Made by a program: the position numbers and the translations under genes. DNA of 63,742 bases, the filler included, from Stramenopiles sp. TOSAG23-2 (taxonomy: Eukaryota): assembly GCA_900128395.1 (NCBI GenBank). It is 25 parts of 25 records of this genome, joined end to end, with 100 filler letters (N's around TTAATTAATTAA, not from the genome) between each part and the next. Parts side by side here need not be neighbours in the genome. Positions count along the whole stretch, not along the records: positions 23,071 to 25,526 come from LT651725.1; positions 25,627 to 28,082 come from LT651726.1; positions 28,183 to 30,637 come from LT651727.1; positions 30,738 to 33,192 come from LT651728.1; positions 33,293 to 35,746 come from LT651729.1; positions 35,847 to 38,295 come from LT651730.1; 19 more parts are not named here. The stretch is one strand, 5' to 3'. Numbering within the stretch: the first letter of the stretch is position 1; each line of letters opens with the position of its first letter. Below the pieces are notes generated by a model. That model did not search any database, was not told where the DNA came from, and saw only the letters and a program-made list of their open reading frames with translations. Positions 24,554-35,847 of the stretch are shown in pieces.

Positions 24554-25161
24554 AAGGTCAAGAAGAAATGTTAGGACAAAAACATTCAGATACATTAAAT
24601 ACAGTCGCTCATCTTGCTTCATTGTTCTCAAAACAAAATAAATTAGATGAAGCTGAATTATTATATAAACGTTTTTTAAAAGGACAAGAAGAAATGTGAG
24701 GATCAAANNNNNNNNNNNNNNNNNNNNNNNNNNNNNNNNNNNNNNNNNNNNNNNNNNNNNNNNNNNNNNNNNNNNNNNNNNNNNNNNNNNNNNNNNNNNN
24801 NNNNNNNNNNNNNNNNNNNNNNNNNNNNNATAATCTTGCTTTATTGTTCTCAAAACAAAATAAATTAGATGAAGCTGAATCACTATATCAACGTGCATTA
24901 AAAGGTCAAGAAGAAATGTTAGGACTAAAACATGAAGATACATTAAATACAGTATATAATCTTGCTGATTTATTAAAAACACAAGGTAAAATAAATGAAG
25001 CGATACCATTATTTGAACGAGAACTACGTGGAATGGAAGAAATACACGGACGAAATCACCCGGATACAATATATTCCGCTAAAAATCTTGTAAAATTATT
25101 GAAACAACAAGGTAGAATCAATGAAGCAAATGAATTGAAATTGAAATACAATATATTGTAA
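24541..25161 (+). pseudogene. Kinesin-light-chain-type (42-aa) TPR repeats, degenerate before the gap and intact after it
   Basis: EAESLYQRALKGQEEMLGLKHEDTLNTVYNLA and HGRNHPDTIYSAKNL are intact at 24830-25161. Frameshifted near-copies lie at 24541-24706. The 3' end is duplicated again at about 25309-25363. Confidence 0.6.
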
Positions 25162-25943
25162 ACACGTATTACATATGTCCATTTCCTCCTTCAAGATGTC
25201 AACAGAGATAATAAATTGAATAATTTTTTTGTATATACAAATGATAGTATGACGAAAAAATATGAACCATTTAAACCAAAAGACGATATGAAGAAGAGAA
25301 ACAGTAAGAAACAACAAGGTAGAATCAATGAAGCAAATGAATTGAAATTGAAATACAATATATCAATCTAGAATAAATAAAAGAAGAAGAAGAAAATCGG
25401 TATCCTGCATTAACAAATTAAAAGAAAGTGTAATATTTATAATATTTCTTTAAATATATATTAATTCATATAATAATTTATACCCTCCAAAAAATAAAAA
25501 ACCCCGTCATGTTCCCATTTCATCATNNNNNNNNNNNNNNNNNNNNNNNNNNNNNNNNNNNNNNNNNNNNTTAATTAATTAANNNNNNNNNNNNNNNNNN
25601 NNNNNNNNNNNNNNNNNNNNNNNNNNACTTAGTACACTACGATATTATATCCTATAATAGGGATGAAGGCATTTTTTTGTTTTTTGTCCATATATAATGG
25701 TACGGCTAATTTTGTTTGGGACGTATACGAAGTATCATATATTAAAATATGATGGTTAAAATCTATAAAAAGTTATTTTAAATGTAAAAAATAAAAAAAT
25801 ATATGTTTTTTTACAATCTCCTTCTTTTTTCTGTATTTTCCATTTTTTACTTTTCATGTAATATTTTTTAATTTTTTATTAAATCGTCCTCACACTACAT
25901 AAAATTAAATAAATAATTTCAGTGAGATACGAAGTACGAGTAG

Positions 25944-27821
25944 ATATACGAGAGTAGAAATATAAAAAATTATAATACATTAACTGATCCATTTGATACA
26001 GTAAATCAACAATTAAGTACCGCTGGTGCGGAATTGCCCTATCCACCGCATGGTTTATCTAGTGAAATTACATGTCGTGCACCTGGTGGATGTTTAGCTA
26101 TTTCATTTTTCAATGAAGCGCCACCAGACAGAGCATCTGTATGTTTTCAACGAATGACTGCATTAAAAAGCAATACTTGTAAAGACGATAATACCTGTAA
26201 GTCTCATTGCCCTGATGGAAATTGCTGTTTTCATCCAAAAACTCTTCCAAAAGGTGATTTTTTATGTGATGAATGGGTTTACATGGGATATAATCAATCG
26301 TTATTTGTTGATTGGTGTTATTCAAGTCGTAGTAACGAAGGGGTATTTGTTTTTTGGGGGTACCATGGTGGAATGGGTTTCAATGATTCCAATGTCTATG
26401 AAACAACCAATCGAAGAGGGAAAACAGCAATTAAATGTGATTATATTTCACAACCAGGATCTTACATGAATACGTTTTTAACGACATCATGTCCAAAATC
26501 TGGAGGTACAGGACCAGGCGGTAAAGATACAGATTACGAAGAAGAAAAATGTCAAAATATTTGTGGAATGAGAGATAAAAAAAGTGGAAATGCTATTTAT
26601 CCAGAAGGATTAAGCGTAACAAATATTGTATTTGCAGATGAGCCAACACATGAATCATTGTCACCAACTGTTTCACAAGAAGAATATGAAGCTCGTACAA
26701 AATCACAAACATCATTTTCATGCCCTGAATTGATGTCAAAAGGATATTGTAAAAAATATGAACCAATTGGTGCGGGTACGGCTTTAATTAAAATTGAAAA
26801 TAAAACATTCGTTGGTTGGACAGGAAAATATAAAGGAGTAAGTCGAGATGGTTATTATGAGGATAAATATGAGACACACGTGCTTATTGATGAAGTAGGA
26901 AAAGGTGATGTGATACAATCATATCCAGTAATTACAGAAGAGGCAAGTGGAAAACCTCCCGCATCAACTATTAAATGTGCCCCTCCAAGTGGCAATGAAA
27001 GTGCACCACAATGTCGAGAAAATCATGATGCATTTGAAGATTTTATTTACAATGTTCCGAAAGACATGGATTTATTAGGTGTAGTAACGCCATGGGCTGA
27101 TTTGGGAATAACGAATGATTGGTGGCTTGGAACACAAAGATGTGCAACTGGTACAGGGCCAAATGATCGAAGGCGAAGACTTTATTCCAATGAGCTTGTA
27201 ATGATGGTAGATAGTTCAGAAGAAAAAAAGGAAACAAATAACAATGATTATGAAATGATGACAGAAACAAATGAACAAGGTCATCATCATCATGTAAATG
27301 ATAAAAGACATTTATCAGCAGCTGGTCCTGGATCATCTGGTCCAAGTACACAAGATATAAATAATTGTATTATGAGAGAAAGACGTTTATTTATGCAAAC
27401 ACATTTACGTATGTCCAAGCTTAAAGTCGATGTTAGCTATTCTCAATCCGTAGTACGTCAACATAAAATATATCAAAATATACCTGTTTTATTAGGTTCA
27501 ATGCAAGGTTTATTGATGACAATATTTGCTGTCGTAGCATCGATTTTTAGAATGACACCTTGTATGAAGGCACAACAAAAAAAATCAGAAGCATTGCATA
27601 AGGAATTACAATTGGCATATGTTGGAGCGGCACATCCTGAAAATGGTGCAAATGTTGTAACAACAAAAATGGAGAATTCGAATGATACAACAACAAAAGT
27701 TAGTAAATATGTAGTGCCAGGGAATAATTCAGAGATAGAACGAAAATTAAGAAGTTTAGAAAAGCAAATTCAACAATTACGAAATAATGAGGTGTTAATG
27801 AAGGTTACTGATCTGGATTGA
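25944..27821 (+). CDS. Membrane protein with large Cys-rich ectodomain, C-terminal TM and coiled-coil tail; 5' exon missing
   Basis: About 625-codon open frame with many Cys, TM IPVLLGSMQGLLMTIFAVVASIF and tail IERKLRSLEKQIQQL. Confidence 0.7.
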   Translation: MYESRNIKNYNTLTDPFDTVNQQLSTAGAELPYPPHGLSSEITCRAPGGCLAISFFNEAPPDRASVCFQRMTALKSNTCKDDNTCKSHCPDGNCCFHPKTLPKGDFLCDEWVYMGYNQSLFVDWCYSSRSNEGVFVFWGYHGGMGFNDSNVYETTNRRGKTAIKCDYISQPGSYMNTFLTTSCPKSGGTGPGGKDTDYEEEKCQNICGMRDKKSGNAIYPEGLSVTNIVFADEPTHESLSPTVSQEEYEARTKSQTSFSCPELMSKGYCKKYEPIGAGTALIKIENKTFVGWTGKYKGVSRDGYYEDKYETHVLIDEVGKGDVIQSYPVITEEASGKPPASTIKCAPPSGNESAPQCRENHDAFEDFIYNVPKDMDLLGVVTPWADLGITNDWWLGTQRCATGTGPNDRRRRLYSNELVMMVDSSEEKKETNNNDYEMMTETNEQGHHHHVNDKRHLSAAGPGSSGPSTQDINNCIMRERRLFMQTHLRMSKLKVDVSYSQSVVRQHKIYQNIPVLLGSMQGLLMTIFAVVASIFRMTPCMKAQQKKSEALHKELQLAYVGAAHPENGANVVTTKMENSNDTTTKVSKYVVPGNNSEIERKLRSLEKQIQQLRNNEVLMKVTDLD

Positions 27822-28183
27822 GAGACTTTTTGTAATCTAGAACAATAAATGTTGTGTAAAAAAGAGTACGTATCATTTATGATACAAAGTCGTTTTAAAA
27901 ACATGCACCACACGTACACACATACGAACCCTTCGTATATATGATAAAAGTTTTTTTCCTTTAATTGCATAATCATTAATGCATCATATAAATTATATAT
28001 CATACAAATTTTATTTACTACTCCCAACACGACTTTTTATTTTCTTAGCACTATTCAAAGGTGAATCTCTTCTTCCTTAAAANNNNNNNNNNNNNNNNNN
28101 NNNNNNNNNNNNNNNNNNNNNNNNNNTTAATTAATTAANNNNNNNNNNNNNNNNNNNNNNNNNNNNNNNNNNNNNNNNNNNNT

Positions 28184-28609
28184 GACATTGCAAACTTCTT
28201 TTTAAGTGAAGTTATAGGTGATAGTTTAAACTTTGAAAGAATGCCACAAAAATTGGACCAATTACTTTTTTTTGAAATGTATTGTAAACAATTACAAGCT
28301 GTTTTACAGCAAGATAACAATGCCAATGTTCAACAATGTGAAGATGTACAATATTTGGAAACATTACGTGTTGAATCAAATTTATTTATGTTACAAGCAC
28401 AAGCTGCAAAAGCAGTTCAATATCTTGAAAAAGCATTGAGTGCAGTGAAAAATTCAGACAAGGAAGGTATAAGCTTCAATGTACAACAAGCAGTTAAATT
28501 GATGAAACGAACGAAGGAAAAACAGGAAAGTACTTTATTAAATTTAGCACATAAACAAAGAGCAGTGGAGCTATTTGCTTCGGAATCAGAACCAAAATCG
28601 GAGTTGTAA
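28184..28609 (+). CDS. C-terminal fragment of a helical hypothetical protein
   Basis: Open from the contig edge, coding-like composition, stop followed by a UTR-like tract. Confidence 0.5.
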   Translation, partial: DIANFFLSEVIGDSLNFERMPQKLDQLLFFEMYCKQLQAVLQQDNNANVQQCEDVQYLETLRVESNLFMLQAQAAKAVQYLEKALSAVKNSDKEGISFNVQQAVKLMKRTKEKQESTLLNLAHKQRAVELFASESEPKSEL

Positions 28610-29401
28610 TAAAAGGAAAGGAAACCGAGGGGAAATATATATTTGACCTGAACCTTTGTAATTAATGCTGTGTCACTAAATACAAATTTGTTTTCCAGTG
28701 TTGGTGTGTGTGTGTGTGTGTGTGCGCGTTTTTTAAAAAAATTAATAGCATATATAAAAAATTCTCTTATTTATAAGTTAAAGATAATATGCATAGCATA
28801 TATATAATATATAATATAATTAATTTACGCATAATTTATTGTTTTAATTTACTCATGATAATTCTTACTCTTCAAAAGAATACAATAACTGAAATAATCT
28901 ATCTCACACTAGTGTGTTGATATTCCCATAATAGAGAAAACCAATGAAGGTAAATAGATGGTATCAACTACTCATAGCAGTTGATGAAAAACGAATATCA
29001 TAGGAAGGCAGAGAATAAATTGTACCGGGGTACAGTCATTATACGACTCACCAAATGCACATTTTACAGCAAAACGATTATTATAAGCACAAGTTTTAAT
29101 AATCTAATAATATCCTTTTTTGACCTCATCGGTAATTTTCTGTTACAGGAAATTACCAGGTATTGACACATTTTATGAGATATAGACTATTCATACTTGG
29201 CCCAAGTCACTGTATTCTTTTTGAGAGTAGGAATTGTCATGAGTAGGGAATAAAAAATTAAAATTTACGCGTGTGTTATATACATTTTTAATTATAATAT
29301 TTTTATATCCTTTATTATTATCTCTGATTTTTACGAGTAATTTACGCGCGTGTAAAAACACTTATTTTTATATTCGTAATTTCATATTTTTTCTCTCTCG
29401 C

Positions 29402-30637
29402 TCAAAAAATATCCTTTATCAATGATATGACTGATGATCGCTTATCAACTTTTCTATCTTTTGGTTTTTTTCTTTTCAATGTTTTTTTTTCTCTTTGTGT
29501 TGGTGTTTTGACTTCTTCCAAATTAGTGATGTATTGTCGATGTTTTTTCTGGATTGTTTCTAATTTAGAAATATCTGAATCTTTTGCTTCGATTTGTTTT
29601 TCTAATGACTTAATATATTCATTTTTATGGTTATAATTTTCTTTATAACCGATATAGTTTAATGTGTTCTTGATAAACTGGTCCTGTTCGACGCCGTTCT
29701 TCTTCATCTCTTTTAAGTAGTTTTTCACCTTTTTGAAACTCTTGTTCTTACCGTAGGAAACAATTAATGTATTGTATATATGCGAATTTAGACTTATGCC
29801 ATTCTTCTTCATCTCAGAAACATACATCTCCACCTCTTCGAATTGTTTTTTTTTTCCAAGTACATAAAGTAATGAATTGTAATGATACACATTTGGTTCA
29901 AGATTCTTTGTTTCCTTCATTTCATTGAAATACTTTTTCGTTTCTTCCAAATTTCCGCTTGTAGCACAACGGTTAAGGACAATACCGTATGTTTTGGTGG
30001 TAATGGGAATGTCTCTCTTTTTCATGTCTTCAAAAGCTAATATAAATTTCTTATAATTTCTTATCTTCCTTAGTAGTATCTTATCGTTATCTGATGACGT
30101 AACTTCTGTGCAAGTCTGTAAATCAAAATTTCCACCCATTTTATTTCCCTTGCGCAATATATCTCGCGTACTCTCGTTTGGTTGAATGTTACTGGTTTTC
30201 ATATCCTGTAAAACTCTTTCAACCATACTAAAATTCATCTTCCTCGCATGCAGAATAAGAAGTGTGTTGTATGTAACAACATCAGGTTTCAAATTATTTG
30301 ATTTCATTTCACCTAAATAGTCATCAACTTTCGCAAAATTACCATTCTTTCCATATGCACCAATAAGTGTGTTGTATGTAACAACATCAGGTTTAATATT
30401 ATTTGATTTCATTTCATTTGCGTATTCATCAACTTTAGCAAAATTACCATTCTTTCCATACAAAGTAATAAGTGTGTTGTATGTAATAACATTAGGTTTA
30501 ATATTATTTGATTTCATTTCATTCAAATACTTCTCAACTTTATTGATTTTATTAACCTTGGCATATTTATTAATTAATATACTATATGTAATAACATTAG
30601 GTTTAATTTTCTTAAGTTTCATTTCATTAAAATATAG
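29402..30637 (-). CDS. Pentatricopeptide repeat (PPR) protein, 5'-truncated
   Basis: 35-aa repeats of the type KPNVITYNTLITLYGKNGNFAKVDEYANEMKSNNI; the 105-bp DNA repeats are visible directly. Confidence 0.92.
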   Translation of the reverse strand, partial: LYFNEMKLKKIKPNVITYSILINKYAKVNKINKVEKYLNEMKSNNIKPNVITYNTLITLYGKNGNFAKVDEYANEMKSNNIKPDVVTYNTLIGAYGKNGNFAKVDDYLGEMKSNNLKPDVVTYNTLLILHARKMNFSMVERVLQDMKTSNIQPNESTRDILRKGNKMGGNFDLQTCTEVTSSDNDKILLRKIRNYKKFILAFEDMKKRDIPITTKTYGIVLNRCATSGNLEETKKYFNEMKETKNLEPNVYHYNSLLYVLGKKKQFEEVEMYVSEMKKNGISLNSHIYNTLIVSYGKNKSFKKVKNYLKEMKKNGVEQDQFIKNTLNYIGYKENYNHKNEYIKSLEKQIEAKDSDISKLETIQKKHRQYITNLEEVKTPTQREKKTLKRKKPKDRKVDKRSSVISLIKDIF

Positions 30638-30737
30638 NNNNNNNNNNNNNNNNNNNNNNNNNNNNNNNNNNNNNNNNNNNNTTAATTAATTAANNNNNNN
30701 NNNNNNNNNNNNNNNNNNNNNNNNNNNNNNNNNNNNN

Positions 30738-30770
<33 letters not shown>

Positions 30771-30788
30771 GAGAGAGACTAACAAAAT

Positions 30789-32112
30789 ATGGCATCAAGG
30801 CGTCGTACGTTATTAAAAAATTTGTACAGTGAAAAAGAAGAAGATGTTGATGTAAATATTAATTTAATAGTACCGAAAAAAGAAAAAACATGTACAGTAT
30901 GTATACAACAACGTTTAAATTACAAAAATGGAACAATATTAAATGAAAAATTTGTTACTGTGGAAAATAAAAAAACATGCCATGATATTAAAATAATGAA
31001 GAATATTATTGAACAAAATACACCAACCACATTTGGTAATCCATGTGGTTTTTATCAACGAACAAGGTTAATACCAATTCATAACGAACCACCATATACT
31101 GATTTCATTGTATTGTACATACCAATAGATTCAGAAGAAGATGAGGATGAGATGAAAGATATTGATGAACATTCTAAATGCATTGATAGCGACGATGACG
31201 ACGAGCATTTTTTAGAAGATCAAATGAATACACTCAGTATTAATAATAATAACTCTAACAGCGATAATACTATGAATTATATTGTTGATTGCATTTTTGA
31301 TTTACCGGAAGATATTATAATTAATTTTATATGTAATAATGACACATGCGGGTGGATTTAATGATTTATTTATGCGTAAATTAAGTTCCTCCAGCGCTGC
31401 TACACGATTGTTACCAACAAATTTATTAAAAGGTGTTGTATGTATATATGTATTATCAGAAATGTTTTATTACGATAAAATCAATGATGTGGATGATAAT
31501 AATGATGATGATAGTAATAACTATAATGATGGGCGAAAAGCCATACATCGTGTCATAAACTTATTTGAAAATGAATTTTGGAATTGGGAATTTAATCGTT
31601 TACAAAAATATATTTTGAAACATTTTCAAATTATTGATATGTTACGTGATATTGGACGAGGGGCTGTGAATCCATTGCCTAATTTTGAAAATGACCATCG
31701 ATTACAAAATATTTTTTTATGGGGTAGCTCATTTGATGAAATGTTGCGTGTATTAACATCATCCAAATCACAATTTGTCTATTCAAAAGTTGATCCAGAT
31801 ATGCATGAACAACGACTTTTTAGTTTTTCATTTAGTTGTTTTGAATATATAAGATGGTTACAAAGATGCCGTGTCGATAAAAATGATTATTTATTATCAA
31901 AAAATGCAACTTACATATTAAAACGAACAAAGAAACAAATTTTTTTATTAAATGATCATACCAATGAGAAAATACAAAAAAGAAATATTAATAGTAACGA
32001 TGGTAAAAAGAATAATAATGATGTAATGGATAGTAAACATTCAAGATATAAAAAATTTGAATTAGCACCAAAAGCTTTAATATATGGATTTGAAAGTTTA
32101 CAACAAGTCTAG
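30789..32112 (+). CDS. Hypothetical protein split by a probable frameshift near 31340
   Basis: Two coding-like ORFs (190 and 257 aa) overlap by 23 nt in different frames with no obvious intron. Confidence 0.45.
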
Positions 32113-32545
32113 GATCTGCTATGGCCAACTTCATCAACAACTCGAAGTGCATCTAATGTTATTAGTAATGAACATAAAAAAAGAAATTTATATATGAAAC
32201 GACGGAGACGTAGTAGTTTAAAAAGACATGGTGGGATTTTGTAAAAAAAAACACTATTCTCTTATTTTTTTTTATAATTTTTTATTAATATTTTTTATTA
32301 ATTATTTCGTTTAATAAATAAAATAAATGGTGTGTTTAATATATTACCAGATTACGAAGTACGAACTATTTTTTTGTACACTTTTAGTACACCTTATCAG
32401 GACTGCAAGCAGCGGGCATTTTAAAAAAAGAAGGCGGGGGGATTAAGAATGACACAGATTACATATTTTTTATTAAACAAAATATATCATAATATTTTGA
32501 TAAAAATATATACAAAGTGTGTGACTATTTTGTACTTTTACCTGC

Positions 32546-32866
32546 CTACTTCAATGATTTATCTTTCCATATTCCATATTTTGCTCCACTATTATTATTA
32601 TTATTATGCATATTATTATTATTATCAAATGAACTTTTCATTTCTTCTTTTACTTGATTTTCATCTATATTGCCAACAACATTCATTGTTGCATGTATGA
32701 CTTTATTTGCTGGTAATTTTTCTGCAACAGATGTCAATATTCCTAGTAAACCTTGTTCTGATTCAGCATCATATTTTAATGTCAACTCGATACTTTTTTT
32801 ACTTTCTTCTGGTCGCCTTCTTACACGATTAAGTGCTATTTCAATACCATTACTATTATTATTCAT
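32546..32866 (-). CDS. Small hypothetical protein or terminal exon
   Basis: 106-aa ORF with coding-like composition, followed by an AT-rich UTR. Confidence 0.35.
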   Translation of the reverse strand: MNNNSNGIEIALNRVRRRPEESKKSIELTLKYDAESEQGLLGILTSVAEKLPANKVIHATMNVVGNIDENQVKEEMKSSFDNNNNMHNNNNNSGAKYGIWKDKSLK

Positions 32867-33294
32867 GAAATAAGTACTTTAAGCAATAAACAAAAGAAAC
32901 AAAACTTAGTCTTGAAACCAATTGTGCATTTTGGGAAGGAAGATAGAGTTATATGCCCTGCGGAGAGTTTAAATAACCATATAGTGATGAAAAAGTTTTT
33001 TATACTTGGTCGAATTGAGACAGTTGAAAATGGAGTGTTGCACAACATGATAATGGTAATACGGGTGATAATAATCATGATAATGGTAATATGTCAATTA
33101 ACAAATGTGCCACTTTCTTTGTCGAAATCCACCGATATCAATGTTGTGTTTATGCTATTTGCTTTGTTATTATTCTTCCCATAGGTGCGGCGNNNNNNNN
33201 NNNNNNNNNNNNNNNNNNNNNNNNNNNNNNNNNNNNTTAATTAATTAANNNNNNNNNNNNNNNNNNNNNNNNNNNNNNNNNNNNNNNNNNNNTT

Positions 33295-35301
33295 AAAGTA
33301 GCGTTGGAAGGTTTGAGTACAGCAACGGAAAGGTTGGAGATTTGCAATGCTAGGTTGATGAAAATTAGTAAAATGCCTGGTGTTGGAAAGGCGGATATTG
33401 CTTTGGCACATGAGGAGCAAGCAAAGGCTGACGCGTTGGTGGTTATGGCGACAAAGGACATGGACGAGAAACGTGAGGTTCTGAGGAGGAAGAAAGAACA
33501 AGCATATTTGATGGGTCATGGGGATCCAATGGTGGATCCAAAGATGGTAGGGGATACGAGTAATGGTACCGATGCCACGTCTGCCGCAGAGGATGCTGCC
33601 AGGAAGGCACAGAAGGAGGTGGAAGAGGCGGACTTAAAAGTTGCAAGGAGGAAAAGTCATATGATGGATATGGCCGAGTACTTGAAAACCCTCAAAGCGC
33701 AAATGAAGGCGATGAAGAGGAAGCTTCTAGCATTGAAACGGCTTGGTGGGAAAAGGTTGGTAGCAATGATGAAGAAGATTGCAGCAAGAAAGAAGAAGGA
33801 GGCGGAGATGGCACGTGACTTGGAACGTCAACGGTTGGAAGCAATTGCGGAGGAGAATGCCCGCAAAGCTGCTATTGCTAGGTTGGCAGAGGCGGAAAGG
33901 AAGGCCAAGAAGGTGGAGGAAGCAGCAAAGAGGAAAGCTGCGGAGACGGCGAAGGTGGAAGGAGTGGCGGGTTTGTTCGGTTTGGCAACAGGTGGAAGTA
34001 CAGGAAGTACAGGAAGTACAGGAAGTACAGGCAGTACAGGCAGTACAGGCAGTACTGGATCGGCAAGTGGAAGCACGGGAATTGCTTCCACTGGCCCAGC
34101 TATGATCACGAAGATCGTAGCTGCCGCGAAGGAGGAGCCGGAGGAAGGCTCCGGGGATCCAACTTTGGACAGTAGGCTGGCCACGGCGAAGGCGGCAACC
34201 GGCATCAATCTAGGGGAGATGATTGGTGCAGCATCGACTGGTGGTGGTGCAATTGGGGCAACTGGTTTAAGTCCAACTGGGCTAAGTGCAACGGCAAGCA
34301 CTGGCGGTACAGGCAGTACTGGGGCGGAAACGGGTGCAGAAACGGGCGCAGAAACGGGGGCGGAGTCTGGAGCAACTGGTGTTGCAAAGACTGGCCCGAC
34401 TGGGGCAGAGTCATTAAATGACTACACCGGCCCAGGGTCGGTGACAGGCCCAACGGGGGTAACCGGCCCAACGGGGGGGGTTAGCAATGCCCAAGCTTTG
34501 CACGATGCAAAGCTTGCCCTCAGAGAAGCTGAGGATGCCGTTCTTGCGAAGAAGGCATCCAAGAAGCTTGGTGGAGCCTCGCAAGAGGAGGTAGATGTTG
34601 CGGTGGAGGAAGTGGGCAAGGCCCAAGCTGTGGTGGACGAGTTGCTGGCGAAGGTAAAGCCTCAACGAAAGAAGGAAACAGCGACGGCTGTTGTTGCGGC
34701 GGCAACAGGTAGCGTGGCGGAGGCGGATGACGGTGATGCGGCGGCATACGTCAGTAAAGTTGCTGCTGAAAAGCAGAAACTTGAAGGGGACCTTGGCGAT
34801 TTCGCCACTGGTGTAAGCGGTGCAAGTGGCACAACAGGTGCAAGTGGCACAACAGGTGCAAGTGGCACAACAGGTGCAAGTGGTATCACTGGTATTGGGC
34901 AAGGAAGTACCAGTACTGGAAATGTTGGTGCAGTTGTGTTGGATGGACCAACAAGAACGGTTGGTGGGGGCGGAGTTAAAGTAACAGGTGCAAGTGGAAA
35001 TACTGGCGCAAGTGGAAGTACTGGAAGTACTGGCGCTAGTGGAAATAGTGGAAGTACTGGAAGTACTGGCGCAAGTGGAAGTACTGGCGCAAGCGGAGCA
35101 ACTGGTATTACCTTTGGGAAGACCAAAGAAATCGGGTCTTCATCAACAGGCGGTGCCATTGACATGGAGGCGATGGAAAAGGTGGCGAAGAAGGACATCG
35201 GTGTGCTTGAGAAGTTGAGTACTTCGACGGGAGGTGCAACTGGTGTGGTGGATGGTGCTGAAACTGGAAGTGCAACGGGCAGCGCAACTGGTAGCGAGTA
35301 A
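33295..35301 (+). CDS. Coiled-coil protein with Gly-X-X ([12 protein letters not shown]) repeat tracts, 5'-truncated
   Basis: Ala/Glu/Lys helices alternate with (GST)n, (GASGTT)n and [11 protein letters not shown] tracts; 9- and 18-bp DNA repeats underlie them. Confidence 0.8.
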   Translation, partial: KVALEGLSTATERLEICNARLMKISKMPGVGKADIALAHEEQAKADALVVMATKDMDEKREVLRRKKEQAYLMGHGDPMVDPKMVGDTSNGTDATSAAEDAARKAQKEVEEADLKVARRKSHMMDMAEYLKTLKAQMKAMKRKLLALKRLGGKRLVAMMKKIAARKKKEAEMARDLERQRLEAIAEENARKAAIARLAEAERKAKKVEEAAKRKAAETAKVEGVAGLFGLATGGSTGSTGSTGSTGSTGSTGSTGSASGSTGIASTGPAMITKIVAAAKEEPEEGSGDPTLDSRLATAKAATGINLGEMIGAASTGGGAIGATGLSPTGLSATASTGGTGSTGAETGAETGAETGAESGATGVAKTGPTGAESLNDYTGPGSVTGPTGVTGPTGGVSNAQALHDAKLALREAEDAVLAKKASKKLGGASQEEVDVAVEEVGKAQAVVDELLAKVKPQRKKETATAVVAAATGSVAEADDGDAAAYVSKVAAEKQKLEGDLGDFATGVSGASGTTGASGTTGASGTTGASGITGIGQGSTSTGNVGAVVLDGPTRTVGGGGVKVTGASGNTGASGSTGSTGASGNSGSTGSTGASGSTGASGATGITFGKTKEIGSSSTGGAIDMEAMEKVAKKDIGVLEKLSTSTGGATGVVDGAETGSATGSATGSE

Positions 35302-35847
35302 AAGTAAAATAATAAAAATAATAATAGTAAAAAAACGTATATTTAAAAATATATATTACGTCGTACGTATTTCTTTTATATCCTTTATTCACACACTTTT
35401 GTACTCTCCTCTCACATTCCACATTTGATTAAATACTTTCATATTTTATTTTTTTACTTTTTTAACTTAAATTTTAAAGTGTTTAAATCATATATGTAAT
35501 GCTGTGTACCTGTATTATTGCTCAAAAACACTTCTTGATTCTAGTCCAATTTTAATGGTAATAATGTTTTTAGAGGAGGCCGAGATTTTTGTTGTATCGA
35601 CATCATAATATAAAAAATATAATACTCGTCGTGTAATGTTACATGTAATAATGTGCTAATTATAATAATTAATTTTCTATATTCTAAAGTACAAAAATAA
35701 ACAAAAATAAAAAAAATTATAATATATATATATATATATATTATATNNNNNNNNNNNNNNNNNNNNNNNNNNNNNNNNNNNNNNNNNNNNTTAATTAATT
35801 AANNNNNNNNNNNNNNNNNNNNNNNNNNNNNNNNNNNNNNNNNNNNG

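Noticed and set aside
31339-31361. Programmed frameshift or alternative genetic code
   Set aside because: No slippery heptamer noticed, and other genes end normally at TAA, TAG and TGA. A sequencing indel or pseudogenisation is simpler.
33443-35422. Antisense ORFs with (PVL)n and (YCL)n repeats
   Set aside because: Shadows of the GST/GAS repeats on the coding strand.
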